Source: a virus (Duplodnaviria; Caudoviricetes). From it: a DNA stretch of 61,032 nucleotides. Below, in pieces: positions 1 to 9,600 of this stretch (position 1 is its first letter; each line of letters starts with the position of its first letter). The notes beneath the pieces were generated by a model, which worked only from the letters and a program-made list of their open reading frames with translations, did no database searches and had not been told where the DNA came from. The stretch lies in the IMG/VR virus record IMGVR_UViG_3300032219_001145, positions 1 to 61,032 of that record, one strand, 5' to 3'. A program made the position numbers and the translations under genes.

Positions 1-118
1 AATGTACAAGTCCATCACAGTGCCTTTGGTAGCGCCAAGAGCAGCACCAAGCAACGTGCCAGTAGGCAGCGTGATGGTTGTGGCAGCAGCAGAGGTAGAT
101 GTGATGTAGCCAGTTGCA
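1..118. repeat. Terminal direct repeat, copy 1 (circular assembly overlap)
   Basis: 1-118 is identical to 60915-61032 and falls inside a reading frame that continues across the join. Confidence 0.95.
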
Positions 119-333
119 ACTTCTGCTGCGGTAGCTGTTGCAGTAGCGTTAATCGCGGCAGTTGAGGGGTGATTCTGATCAGTGAAGACCAGGTTGGTGG
201 TCGTCAGATTTGTAACGCTGGTAGTAACGCCAAAACTAGCGTCAACAGTGACGTTGCCAGTGGTGGGGCCTACAGTGATTGATTGAAAGCCGTTTTGCGA
301 TCGAACTGGGCCGGTGAACGTGGTATTTGCCAT
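1..333 (-). CDS. 5' part of a junction-spanning Thr/Ala-rich virion structural protein (about 172 aa, continues at 60914-60729)
   Basis: ATG at 333 with AAGGA upstream; reads MANTTFTGPVRSQNGF...LGAALGATKGTVMDLYI and runs in frame into the 60729 ORF; lies just downstream of the major capsid gene. Confidence 0.85.
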   Translation of the reverse strand, partial: MANTTFTGPVRSQNGFQSITVGPTTGNVTVDASFGVTTSVTNLTTTNLVFTDQNHPSTAAINATATATAAEVATGYITSTSAAATTITLPTGTLLGAALGATKGTVMDLYI

Positions 334-340
334 GATTGAT

Positions 341-420
341 TCCTTACATGCAAGTGAAAGTGTTCTGTCTGCATGTCGTCAGCCGGGACTGTCAGAACAC
401 CGGAGGACCCCGGAATGTGC
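341..420 (-). ncRNA. Structured element downstream of the capsid gene, possibly a Mu-gpT-DE-like RNA motif
   Basis: Two crossing stems: 360-367 with 393-400 (8 bp) and 346-352 with 370-376 (7 bp); located 3' of a Mu gpT-like gene. Confidence 0.5.
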
Positions 421-432
421 TCAATATACATC

Positions 433-462
433 AAAAGAAAAAGGGGCACAAGGCCCCTTTTT
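433..462 (-). terminator. Intrinsic terminator after the major capsid gene
   Basis: AGGGGC/GCCCCT stem flanked by A and T tracts, about 15 nt after the stop codon. Confidence 0.75.
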
Positions 463-477
463 CCGTTTACCTGTTTA

Positions 478-1383
478 TTAAGCGCCAGGCGAGCCAAAGA
501 TGCCGCGTGGATCGCTGAAGCCAAAGCTGTAGCGCTCACGTGCCTTGTAGCGGACGTTGCCGGTGTCGAAGTCGCCCTCGAAGCCAGTCTTCATGGACAC
601 GCGTTCAAACATTTTCATGCCGTTAGGAGCGTCAGTCTTGATGAAGTACGCATCTGGATCGGTCAGGAAGTTGTTAACCACGTAGCCTTGAGGAACCATG
701 CCCATGTTGCGGATGGCGTTGACATCGTTATCAGCAGTACCGACGCGGAGCGTGGACTTCATGATACGGTCAGCAGTGAACATCAGCTCTTTGGGGATGA
801 TCAACTTCAGGCCTTGGACGGCGATCTTCAGGCCGCGCTCGTCGGTGAACGCTGCGATGTCGATCAGAGCTTGTTCCAAGGAGGTCTCGGACAAGTCAGC
901 GGCCGTAGCCAAGGTGTTGGACAGGTTAGGACCAGACAGGGTCGGGTGATTGGTTGCGCACAGAGCAACACCGTCGCCACCGATGGAGGTGGTGAAAGCG
1001 TTGTTGAGCACAGCCGCAGCCTTGATCTGCTTGGTCTGAGCCATAGAACGGGCCAGGGCCTTGGTGTAGCGGGCAGACAAGCGGTCGTAGAGGTTATCTT
1101 CAACAGCTTCTTCCGTCAGCGAGAACGCCAAAGCAATGGTCTCATGGGTGTAGCGAGCTGTGTAGACCTCTTGAGCTTGGTCGTACGAAACGCCCGCGCC
1201 TTCAGTCTTCACAGGAGCTTCGCCGAAGCCCGATTCCATCACTTCCTCTTCAAACGCGCGGTCCGAAGACTCGATAGCGTAGATTTGGGTGTGTTGATTC
1301 TCGTAGTTTTTGTACTCGAGTCCGAACAGAGCATTGAGACCAGGCTCAAGCTCTTTCACCAGTTGTGCACGTGAAATTGCCAT
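478..1383 (-). CDS. Major capsid protein (Mu gpT-like, HK97 fold)
   Basis: 301 aa, MAISRAQLVKELEPGLNALFG...YKARERYSFGFSDPRG; follows scaffold and portal, precedes a terminator. Confidence 0.9.
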   Translation of the reverse strand: MAISRAQLVKELEPGLNALFGLEYKNYENQHTQIYAIESSDRAFEEEVMESGFGEAPVKTEGAGVSYDQAQEVYTARYTHETIALAFSLTEEAVEDNLYDRLSARYTKALARSMAQTKQIKAAAVLNNAFTTSIGGDGVALCATNHPTLSGPNLSNTLATAADLSETSLEQALIDIAAFTDERGLKIAVQGLKLIIPKELMFTADRIMKSTLRVGTADNDVNAIRNMGMVPQGYVVNNFLTDPDAYFIKTDAPNGMKMFERVSMKTGFEGDFDTGNVRYKARERYSFGFSDPRGIFGSPGA

Positions 1384-1394
1384 GATTGATCTCC

Positions 1395-1976
1395 TTAGGT
1401 GCTAAAGCCCGGCGTGCCAGTGCTGCCGTACATGTGCTCGTTAATCTTCACAACAAGAACGGCGTATTGGCCCAACTCGTTGCCCGGAACATTCCACAAA
1501 CCGACTACCTTCAAGTTGGCAGCAGCGCTTTCCGTGAAAGTACCACTCATGGTCATGTTAGACAGTCCAGTTGTGGTGCTACCAGTGGTGGAAGCGGTGA
1601 TGTCAGCGTTGGTGCCGAATGCAGCCTGGGTGGGGGTGCCAGCGTTCTGGATGATGAACAACTGGCTAGGATCGTCAATCACGTCAGCAATGATCTTGCC
1701 GCTAGTGATGTTGACGGAACCAGGATAGTAGTTCTTCCAGGTGGGTTTGCCAGTGGTGGGGTCAATGTAATTGCATCCATTGAACACGCCAACTGCAACC
1801 GTGTGGTCGGTGTTGTTGAACTTGACCAAGTAACCATTGTCAATGGTCACCAAGTCGCCTTGGAAAATTGCCCCGGACTGGTTATCCGCAATCTCATAGC
1901 CGTACTGTTTTTGACCACCAGTAGCGGAGAGATTGCCGAGAGGACGCAGACCAAAGGGCTTATTTACGTTTGCCAT
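1395..1976 (-). CDS. Probable capsid decoration/cement protein
   Basis: 193 aa, MANVNKPFGLRP...IFQGDLV; immediately upstream of the capsid gene. Confidence 0.6.
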   Translation of the reverse strand: MANVNKPFGLRPLGNLSATGGQKQYGYEIADNQSGAIFQGDLVTIDNGYLVKFNNTDHTVAVGVFNGCNYIDPTTGKPTWKNYYPGSVNITSGKIIADVIDDPSQLFIIQNAGTPTQAAFGTNADITASTTGSTTTGLSNMTMSGTFTESAAANLKVVGLWNVPGNELGQYAVLVVKINEHMYGSTGTPGFST

Positions 1977-2006
1977 TTGTCATTTCCTTAAAAAAAATAA
2001 AATTTG

Positions 2007-2486
2007 TCAGCCCTTGTTAGAGCCACCAAAAGAAACGCGAGACTGACGTGTGGGCCGCTGAATGGTCATGCTGTTGTGAGCATTCGCTTTCATCAACTCG
2101 TTGTCCGCCGCCTGTAATTGGTCGTTCGCTCGACTTTGGTAATACGCAGTGCGCTCCGCCAACGTCTCAACCGGAATACGTGCAAGAAGTAAACCTCCCA
2201 CGCTGATAACACCAGCATGTCGGCCGTCTTCTACTGTTGGCACATGATAGTCGGGGTACTCGTCCCCACGAACCAGCTCATACCCCTCGCGGAGCTTTCC
2301 AGAGATGTTCGTGCGGTCGTCAATACCACCGGCTTCAGAGCGAATCCAACGGTGCTTGTATCCAGGAGGCGCAGGTGGCGCATCCAGCCGTGAAGGGGGA
2401 GCCCAAGGTTTACGTCGCGCATCTTGATCACGGGATTCGGCCCCGCGTGAAGTGCGATTGAGTGTAGGTACTTTAACGTCTGACAT
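2007..2486 (-). CDS. Conserved head-module hypothetical protein
   Basis: 159 aa, PPSRLDAPPAPPGYKHRWIR motif; AGGAG RBS. Confidence 0.75.
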   Translation of the reverse strand: MSDVKVPTLNRTSRGAESRDQDARRKPWAPPSRLDAPPAPPGYKHRWIRSEAGGIDDRTNISGKLREGYELVRGDEYPDYHVPTVEDGRHAGVISVGGLLLARIPVETLAERTAYYQSRANDQLQAADNELMKANAHNSMTIQRPTRQSRVSFGGSNKG

Positions 2487-2490
2487 GGTC

Positions 2491-3411
2491 TTACTCCTTT
2501 ACGTACTTGGCATATTCCTCAAGCGGAACACCCAGCTTTTTGGCAATTGCAACTTGACTCGGGGTCAACTTGACAGTGCGGCGTGCGTTGTTGATACCCG
2601 AAGATCGGGATGCAGGAGCCACCGTTTGCACGAGTCTGGCGGACCTGTTAGTTTGCGCTTGCTGCTGACCCCCGCCCAGCTTCTGGGGGAAGGTCTGCTT
2701 CAAGCGCGCGTCTAGCTCATCATAATACTCATTGCTGTTTGGGTCAAATCCCTCAGACTGAATCAACTGACGATGGATTCCCCAGGCTGCATGAGTCATG
2801 GCAGTATCTCGGCCGTACCAGGGGTTACGTTCAGCCCAGTCCTCGACCCGTGGGTCGACTTCCTGCTGAACTTGTACCTGGGGCTGCTGGGCAGCTTGCT
2901 GGGCAGCGACCTGCTGCTGATAGTTCCACTGCTGCACCTGCTGCTCGCGCTGTTGGGTAGCAGCAGTGATCTGGCTTTGCTCCATAGTGAGCGAGGTCAG
3001 GCGCTGCTGGGCTTCCGTTTCGGTGTCAATGTCACCTTCTTCACGGGCCTTGCGGATGATTTGCTTTAGGGCAACAACTTGCGTCTGAACACGGCCATTG
3101 GCCTCGCCCAGGCGCGCGCCGTCCACGGTCATGTACTGCTGCTCGAGCTGGGTAGCCCGGGCCTGTACGCTCTTTGCGTACTCCAAGGCTGCCTGCTCGC
3201 GGCGCTGGGTCTCGCGCAGGCGCGCGGTCAGTTTGTCAATGCGCTTCTTGACGCCTTCGCTGTACTGGTCAAGCTCTCCGGCCTCACTGGAGGTTGTCTC
3301 AACCCTGGGCGCTTGGGGCTTGTCCAATACTTCAGCAGCACCGTCCTCCCCAATGGAAACGGTGGCCGGACTCTCGTCCTCACCTATCTTAAATTCAAGT
3401 TGCTCATTCAT
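2491..3411 (-). CDS. Probable scaffolding protein
   Basis: 306 aa, coiled-coil, Gln/Glu rich; C-terminal VKLTPSQVAIAKKLGVPLEEYAKY helix pair; position in head module. Confidence 0.7.
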   Translation of the reverse strand: MNEQLEFKIGEDESPATVSIGEDGAAEVLDKPQAPRVETTSSEAGELDQYSEGVKKRIDKLTARLRETQRREQAALEYAKSVQARATQLEQQYMTVDGARLGEANGRVQTQVVALKQIIRKAREEGDIDTETEAQQRLTSLTMEQSQITAATQQREQQVQQWNYQQQVAAQQAAQQPQVQVQQEVDPRVEDWAERNPWYGRDTAMTHAAWGIHRQLIQSEGFDPNSNEYYDELDARLKQTFPQKLGGGQQQAQTNRSARLVQTVAPASRSSGINNARRTVKLTPSQVAIAKKLGVPLEEYAKYVKE

Positions 3412-3423
3412 GTCATTGCTCCT

Positions 3424-3897
3424 TTACATGTGCAGGATGTCTTCAGGACTGTTTACCACTCCAAGTACCTCGTCGTCGTTGATGAGACGAATCTCACCCC
3501 CGTCGATTGGGATGCGTGCGCCAGCGTAGCGGCCAAAAATAATCCAATCACCCTGTTTGCACCAGGCACCGGTGGGGAATTTGGATTGATCGGCATAGGC
3601 CAAGGACCCTACCTTCAAAACGTAGCCGCATGTGGTGCCAAGCTGCGTTCTGCGCTGCGTTTCTTCGGGGATAAAAATACCGCCCTTAGTTACATCCGCG
3701 CCGCGATAGGGAAGGATGGCGATGCGCCACCCACTGGGTTTTGGTATGGTGTCGATGACCGCTTGGTGGAGCTTTTCGGGGTCAAAGCCCTGCTCGGTGT
3801 AGGCGTCTTCAAGGGCAGGCGGCTTGTTAGCTGCCTCCTCGGCCCACTTACGCTCCAAGGCGGTCATGTTGATTTCAGGTACTGTTGCGGTTTCCAT
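3424..3897 (-). CDS. groES: GroES-like co-chaperonin
   Basis: PSGWRIAI...TKGGIFIP...VLKVG...GDWIIFGRYAG...INDDEVLGVV matches the Cpn10 pattern. Confidence 0.85.
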   Translation of the reverse strand: METATVPEINMTALERKWAEEAANKPPALEDAYTEQGFDPEKLHQAVIDTIPKPSGWRIAILPYRGADVTKGGIFIPEETQRRTQLGTTCGYVLKVGSLAYADQSKFPTGAWCKQGDWIIFGRYAGARIPIDGGEIRLINDDEVLGVVNSPEDILHM

Positions 3898-3907
3898 GGT
3901 CTTCCTT

Positions 3908-4111
3908 TCACTTAAGTAAATCGTCTGTGTCATCCGTGACTTTCCTGAGCAAGTCTTTCACGGAGTCTTCAGCCAGTCTCAAGCCCTCAAGGCGACCCAT
4001 CATGAAGCGATACCGCTCCATGTCTGTAATGGTTCCGTTCAGGACAATCATTTTTGATTGATCCTGAAGTTTCCTGATCTCTTTCAGAACTGCTTCTGCA
4101 AATTCAAGCAT
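3908..4111 (-). CDS. Small hypothetical protein (67 aa)
   Basis: MLEFAEAVLKEIRK...YRFMMGRLEGL; fills the gap between portal and groES. Confidence 0.7.
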   Translation of the reverse strand: MLEFAEAVLKEIRKLQDQSKMIVLNGTITDMERYRFMMGRLEGLRLAEDSVKDLLRKVTDDTDDLLK

Positions 4112-4169
4112 GGTGTTTCCATGAAAAGCAGACGGTACAAGGCCCCGTCTGATAGCCCTCACTCACGAA

Positions 4170-4307
4170 TCAGTATAGCTTAACCGGATAGTTGCCATCT
4201 CTCTTTTTTACTACCTTGAAAGGGCCCTGAACTCCTTTTGGAGTTTGCACTCCGTCCTTGGGCTTCTTAGCAACTGGTTTTTTGGCAGCTGGTTTCTTAA
4301 GCGGCAT
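4170..4307 (-). CDS. Small Lys-rich peptide (45 aa)
   Basis: MPLKKPAAKKPVAKK with AGGAGG RBS, overlapping the portal stop. Confidence 0.55.
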   Translation of the reverse strand: MPLKKPAAKKPVAKKPKDGVQTPKGVQGPFKVVKKRDGNYPVKLY

Positions 4308-6639
4308 ATCGGCCTCCTGGTTGTTGGGGTTGACTGACCTTGGCTTGCTGCAACTGCAGCTTCTGCTGGTTAATCTGGTTGGTCTGCTGCGCTTTCTGCT
4401 GGTCAAGGCCCAGGCGCTGCTGGTCAAGGCCAATGCGTGCCTTGTCTGCCTCTGCGCGCTGGGCAATCTCCTTCTCCTTGAGCTGTATCAGGGGGTCAGG
4501 TCCCTCTCCACCGGCAAGCTTCTCTTGCAGTTCGCGCACTTCCTTCATACCCATGGCAATGTTGATAGCGACGATGCCTTCCTTCTGGATAGCAGAGACC
4601 ATGCGGTCGGGGTCGGTCCCATACTGTTTGAACAGCTCGACTTCCATGTCCTCTTCTGCACGCAAACGGATGTGTTCCAAAACATGCTTCTGCAACTCGG
4701 CAGCAGACATTGGGTTGGCCTGCAGAATGGGCGACATGCCCATCATCAGGTGCGTTGCAATGTGCGCATCGTGCTGCTGGCCGGCAAAGGCTTTGAGCTT
4801 CATGCCGTTGAGGACGTCACTGTTCTCCGACGCCGGGTCGCGGGGCATGTTGGTGTTCTGCGGCAACAGCACACCGTCGATGTCACGGATGTTCAGCGCC
4901 GCATACATGCGGTAGTAGGCCTCGTACATGTTGTGCATGTTCGGGGCGGCCTGGGCAAGCTGCAACTGCATCTGAGCCAACTGGATACGCTGTGCAGAGC
5001 TGAAGATGTTGGGATCAGCCACCGGCTGCACCGACACCATGCTGTCGAAGTCCTTCTTCTTAATCTTGCGGCTGGCACCTGGCACGTCGTAGGGGTACTC
5101 GTCCGGCATGTACTGGCCAAAGCCCTCGAACAGCAGGCGAAACTCCAGCGTCTGTGCATAGTGCAGGCGCTTGTGGATGCTGGACATGACCATTGAGCCG
5201 CGTTCCAGCAGCGCCAGGGTCGTTCCGACCTGTGCGTACTGGTTGCCGTCGCCCACTTGCATGTCGGCGGTGCTGGACAGGCGCTTGCCCGAGTCCACCA
5301 GGAAGCCCATCAGGGCAAACAGCACCTGGCTCGGCTCTTTGTACGGCAAAGGCAGCAGCGAGGACGCCAGTTCCGCGCCGCCGGCGTCAATGTCACGCCA
5401 TTCGCCAGGCTGGATGGGGTTGGAGTCGTCCGCGATCCGCGCGCCACGGGCTTTAAAGCCTGCAGGCAGGTTAGCGAGCGTGCCGGCGTCAATCAGCTGG
5501 CGCAGGGCGCTCGTGGCGGCCTTTCCAAGGCCTCCGATGAGGTGCACAAAGCCCAAGCCGTACGCTCCGGGGCCCTCGACCAGCACGTAATGCACAAAAT
5601 AATTGCGCCGCGTGCATTTTTCGTCGTTTTCTTTCCAGTTGCGACGGATTCCGACCACCTTCAGGGTGTCTTCGGCAAGGGTAACCACGTACGGGCGTTT
5701 GATTCCGGTCGGTTCGCCGTTTTCGTCCTTGTCTTCAAAGCCTGTGAGGTCCAAATCAACCAGTTGCTCAAGCAAAAATATCTCACCGACGTCGTCCGTG
5801 GGCTGAATACCGGTGACTTTGTCGACGGCCTCCTGGATTTGGCTTGCATCAGCAGGAGAAGCGTAGGTATCAAGATTTACATCAAGGTATTCGCCGGCCA
5901 AAGCACGCTTGCGGTACTCGTTTGAGTCCATTGCAATGCGGTGAGTCAGGCGTGGGCACTGGGAAACGACGCTCGAGCCGTTGTACGGGATGTAAATGTC
6001 GTCCGCCAGGCATAGTTTCGAGACCATGCGACCCAGTTGGTAGTCGTAGTAGACCTTTTTGAAGGTCGAACCACCGTAGCCAGTGTAGAAAAGCTGCTGG
6101 TCGAACTCAGGTGTGTACTCTTCCATCACCGTGGTGATCTGGTAGTTCATGAAATCCTGCACCCGGCCGGCCTGTTGGAACTTTTCTACCGTCTCTTTGC
6201 CCATAATCTGCGAGCGGACAGGGCCGCCAGCAGGCATCAGCTCCTTGAAGGCCTGTGCCTGGAACTGAATGATGGCCTCGGTCAACATTGGGTGGGTCGC
6301 GCCCGACGCGCCACGGAAAGGCTTGGTGCGCTCTTCCATGCGAAAGCCCAATAAATCAAGGCCCTTGGCGTACATGGACTCCCATTCGGAGCGAGAGCCC
6401 TTGTCGGCCTCGAACAAAGACGACACCTCAATGCCGATGGAGGCCAGAACGTCCGGCTCAATGACCGCTGCCAAGTTGCTGTAGAAATCCACCTCCTCGG
6501 CGTCTTTCTCTCCCATCTCAACAATGGCTCCACCGTCCTCTTCGATGATGATTTCAATGTCGGATTGGGGCTCCGGGATGCCGCCACCTATCACCACCTC
6601 AAGGGTAGGCATCCGGTTCAGTGCTTTTTCGATTGCCAT
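4297..6639 (-). CDS. Portal protein (P22-like, long C-terminal barrel)
   Basis: 780 aa, HPMLTEAIIQFQAQA, GSTFKKVYYD, LIDAGTLANLPAGFK; coiled-coil C-terminus; lies between terminase and head genes. Confidence 0.85.
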   Translation of the reverse strand: MAIEKALNRMPTLEVVIGGGIPEPQSDIEIIIEEDGGAIVEMGEKDAEEVDFYSNLAAVIEPDVLASIGIEVSSLFEADKGSRSEWESMYAKGLDLLGFRMEERTKPFRGASGATHPMLTEAIIQFQAQAFKELMPAGGPVRSQIMGKETVEKFQQAGRVQDFMNYQITTVMEEYTPEFDQQLFYTGYGGSTFKKVYYDYQLGRMVSKLCLADDIYIPYNGSSVVSQCPRLTHRIAMDSNEYRKRALAGEYLDVNLDTYASPADASQIQEAVDKVTGIQPTDDVGEIFLLEQLVDLDLTGFEDKDENGEPTGIKRPYVVTLAEDTLKVVGIRRNWKENDEKCTRRNYFVHYVLVEGPGAYGLGFVHLIGGLGKAATSALRQLIDAGTLANLPAGFKARGARIADDSNPIQPGEWRDIDAGGAELASSLLPLPYKEPSQVLFALMGFLVDSGKRLSSTADMQVGDGNQYAQVGTTLALLERGSMVMSSIHKRLHYAQTLEFRLLFEGFGQYMPDEYPYDVPGASRKIKKKDFDSMVSVQPVADPNIFSSAQRIQLAQMQLQLAQAAPNMHNMYEAYYRMYAALNIRDIDGVLLPQNTNMPRDPASENSDVLNGMKLKAFAGQQHDAHIATHLMMGMSPILQANPMSAAELQKHVLEHIRLRAEEDMEVELFKQYGTDPDRMVSAIQKEGIVAINIAMGMKEVRELQEKLAGGEGPDPLIQLKEKEIAQRAEADKARIGLDQQRLGLDQQKAQQTNQINQQKLQLQQAKVSQPQQPGGRYAA

Positions 6640-6648
6640 ATGTGTTCC

Positions 6649-9600
6649 TTAGCTGTGAGCCTTGATGAAAGCCGTGTTCTTGTCGACCTCACCGCCTTTT
6701 GCGTATGGTACCGCGCCTTTCATCTCTGGCGTGATGTCGATGTAACGAACCGCTTCTTTTCCACCGCCCAAATGCTTCTCTTTGTAGCGATTGGCCAGTT
6801 GCTGTGCTTCCTGCAAGCTGTTGGCATTTTGGTTGACAATTTCTGTCGACCCATCAGCTCTTACGCCCAAAACGGTTGTGTCGGTAAAGTTCCCTCGTCC
6901 AACAATGTAGTCAACATAGGCGGGCGCGATGGGTTCAGTTTTAATTTGCGTTATGCCTGTTGCGGCATTGAACTTTTTGCCCTGCTTTACAAGGAACGCG
7001 GGGTAGATTTCATCATAGTATTTTTTCATACCCTCGCTGGCAACCTGAAGGTCATCGCCCTCCAGCCTTCTTACTTCAGCCAGGTCCGGCTCAATCTCAG
7101 GGTTAAATTCATTTCTACCTTCTTTAGCCATCATTTTTTTAGTGACTTCTCTTCCCACAATGCCTTCTAATTCTTTTGCGGAGTAGTCGCCTCGCAACAC
7201 GTTTGCACCGTTTTTTGAGATGACGTTGATGTAAAAACCCTTTTCTGTAGGCTCATAGCTAATGTTGTCCACTTTTTCGGCCATGTTATACCGCTGGGCC
7301 TGCTGCATGCCCGTGGTTAGTCCCACTCGCTCATAGCCATTGTCAGCGGCATACTTCAATGCGCGCTTGAGGGCCAGTTGATGCCATGTGTCTTTGAAAG
7401 GCGCGTCGGGAACGCCTTCGTTAGAACCTCTGCCAAGCCTATTTTGTTCTGTCTGCAACATATTGAGTCTGTTAGAAACACTGTTCCATTCATTAAGAAT
7501 GTCTCTTGGGGCGTCTTTGCCTTGACTTGTATAAGGTAATGCAAGTTCTTCAAGTTGCTTTTTTCTTTCCCCTAACTGCTGTCTTTCTGCAAGCAAATTA
7601 TCTAGTTTCTTTTGTTCCGCAAGTTGTCTTTCTGAAGTGTTATACCCCTTTTCCCGCCCCGCTTGATGCCAATCAGATTGAAGTTCTTCAATTAACAGCA
7701 TTTTCTTGCCATCAGCATCCACGCGGTCGTTAACTCGCATGTGGGCCAAAACATTGGGTTGGTTAAAATGGGATGACTTATATGTTTGTGATCTGATTTT
7801 TTTTCTTAACTCTAGTGCCGTGGCTTCCGCTTGATCTCGTAACTTTACAGAATCTCTGAGTTTTTGATAGAGCGCAACCGTGCCCGGAGTGCCGGGGTTT
7901 AACTCGCTTGCGGCCCTCCATTCCCCCATTAAATTAGTAGTTTGCCTCCTTAAATCCCCCGCAGCAATTTGAGCAGCATCTAATTCAGCTTCTCCGCGAA
8001 CAGGTGTAGTCAACAATATTTCACGGTAGTTCTTACCGCCTGGAAGTACGAGACGGGGGTTGTCGAATCTAGTTGGCGCAGGTTCAGGGACAACATATGC
8101 GGCATCCGCTTCACGGTCCCGTACGCTCTGCAGTTCTGTAAGCCTGTTAGACAGGGCAGGGTCGTATGTATCGAAGTCTATCCGCCTGTAAAGCGCCTGT
8201 ATCTCAGGTTCGTACTTGTCAAACACTGCCTTGCGCTTGGCAATGCCTGCAGGGTCTTCGACGACGTTACCGCCTAGCTGCACCTCTTTGACGTCAATCC
8301 GGTTGTTGGCTATGAAGTCCTGGACCTCTTGCCGCGTTACCTTGGGTTTCCCCTTTAAAAACTCGTCCAGCCCCATGGACGTTAACTCTTCTTTTTTCAC
8401 ATCAGAGGCCTTCATCAGGTCGTTCAGGAACGCGTTGCCTGGACCTTCTTTACGGGGCAAGTTCAAAGCTGCTTGCTCTGCCGCAGAGTAAAACCCCAAG
8501 TTAGATGCGGGAGCAGGGATCACTGCACGGCTTTGAGGCGAGACAGCGTACGACGCGCCGGGCGCGGAAAACTGTTGGTTGTACTGCTGGAAGTCCTTGG
8601 CCACGGCTGTGGCTGCCTTGCCTGTTTTTTCCGCGCCCTTGACAGCCGCGCGTGTTACGCCAGCAGGATTGATGAAGTTGGACAGGAGCTCGCCGGCGGT
8701 GTAGAAGCCCTTGGCGGTCAAGTCGGCAGGAGGTGCCTGGCGAATACCCGCCTGGGTCATCTTCTCCTTGATGAAGTCGCTGCCCCCGATGGGCTTCTCG
8801 GCGGTGTAGCCAAACGGGCGCATCAGCATTGTTGCCACATCCACCGGCGCACCCAGAATGTCATAGGGCAATTCCGTCGCGCCCTTGGCCATGTTGACGT
8901 ACGCGTCGCCGGAGTCTATGGCCTGGCTGACAGGCCCCTTCTTGCGGTTCAGTCCGGTGCTTGGGCGGGCCTTGGGCACGTAAAACTTGTCCAAAGATTC
9001 TTCGCCTTCTTCCGGGCTGCCTCCGGCGCGGTATTCAGGAGGCGGGGTCATGCCCTTTTCTGCCTTGGCTTTGCGCGCGTCCATCTGCTCACGGCCCATG
9101 ATGTACGGCTTGCCTTCAACCTTTTTGGTCTGGGCCTGCAGTGCCATGGCCCGCACGAGCTTCTCTAAATCTGCCTGGCTCGTGGTCCGTGATGCAAGGT
9201 CCACGCCCAGCTTGTTGTTGTGCACGTCCAGTTCGTAATCGTCACGCGGCTTGCCAATGCCAAACATGCTGAAGAACGACTCAGGGTTGCTTGTACGCTC
9301 ATGAACCTTGCCCAGGAACGCTGCCACATCTGGGCCAACCTTCTTTGACAGGGCGGCTGCGGCCAGCATGTGGCGGGCCGCGTCCCGCTGGTCGTCCTGG
9401 CCCAACTGATCCGGGAACATGCGCTCCGACACGTCGGCGGCATAGCTGCTTACGCTGAAAATGCCAGGCTCTTTGGCACCTTCAGCGTCCGACTTTTTTG
9501 CTTCACCACCTTCTTTAAAGCGGTTTTTGGTCAGCCGGTTCTTGGTCAGTGTTGGGCCTTCCAAGGTCGGCGCACCAAAGGTGTCAGCGGACAGACCTCT

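Noticed and set aside
373-6484. Long + strand ORFs opposite capsid and portal genes, and similar antisense ORFs genome-wide
   Set aside because: Shadow ORFs expected from GC-rich codon bias; no motifs or RBS
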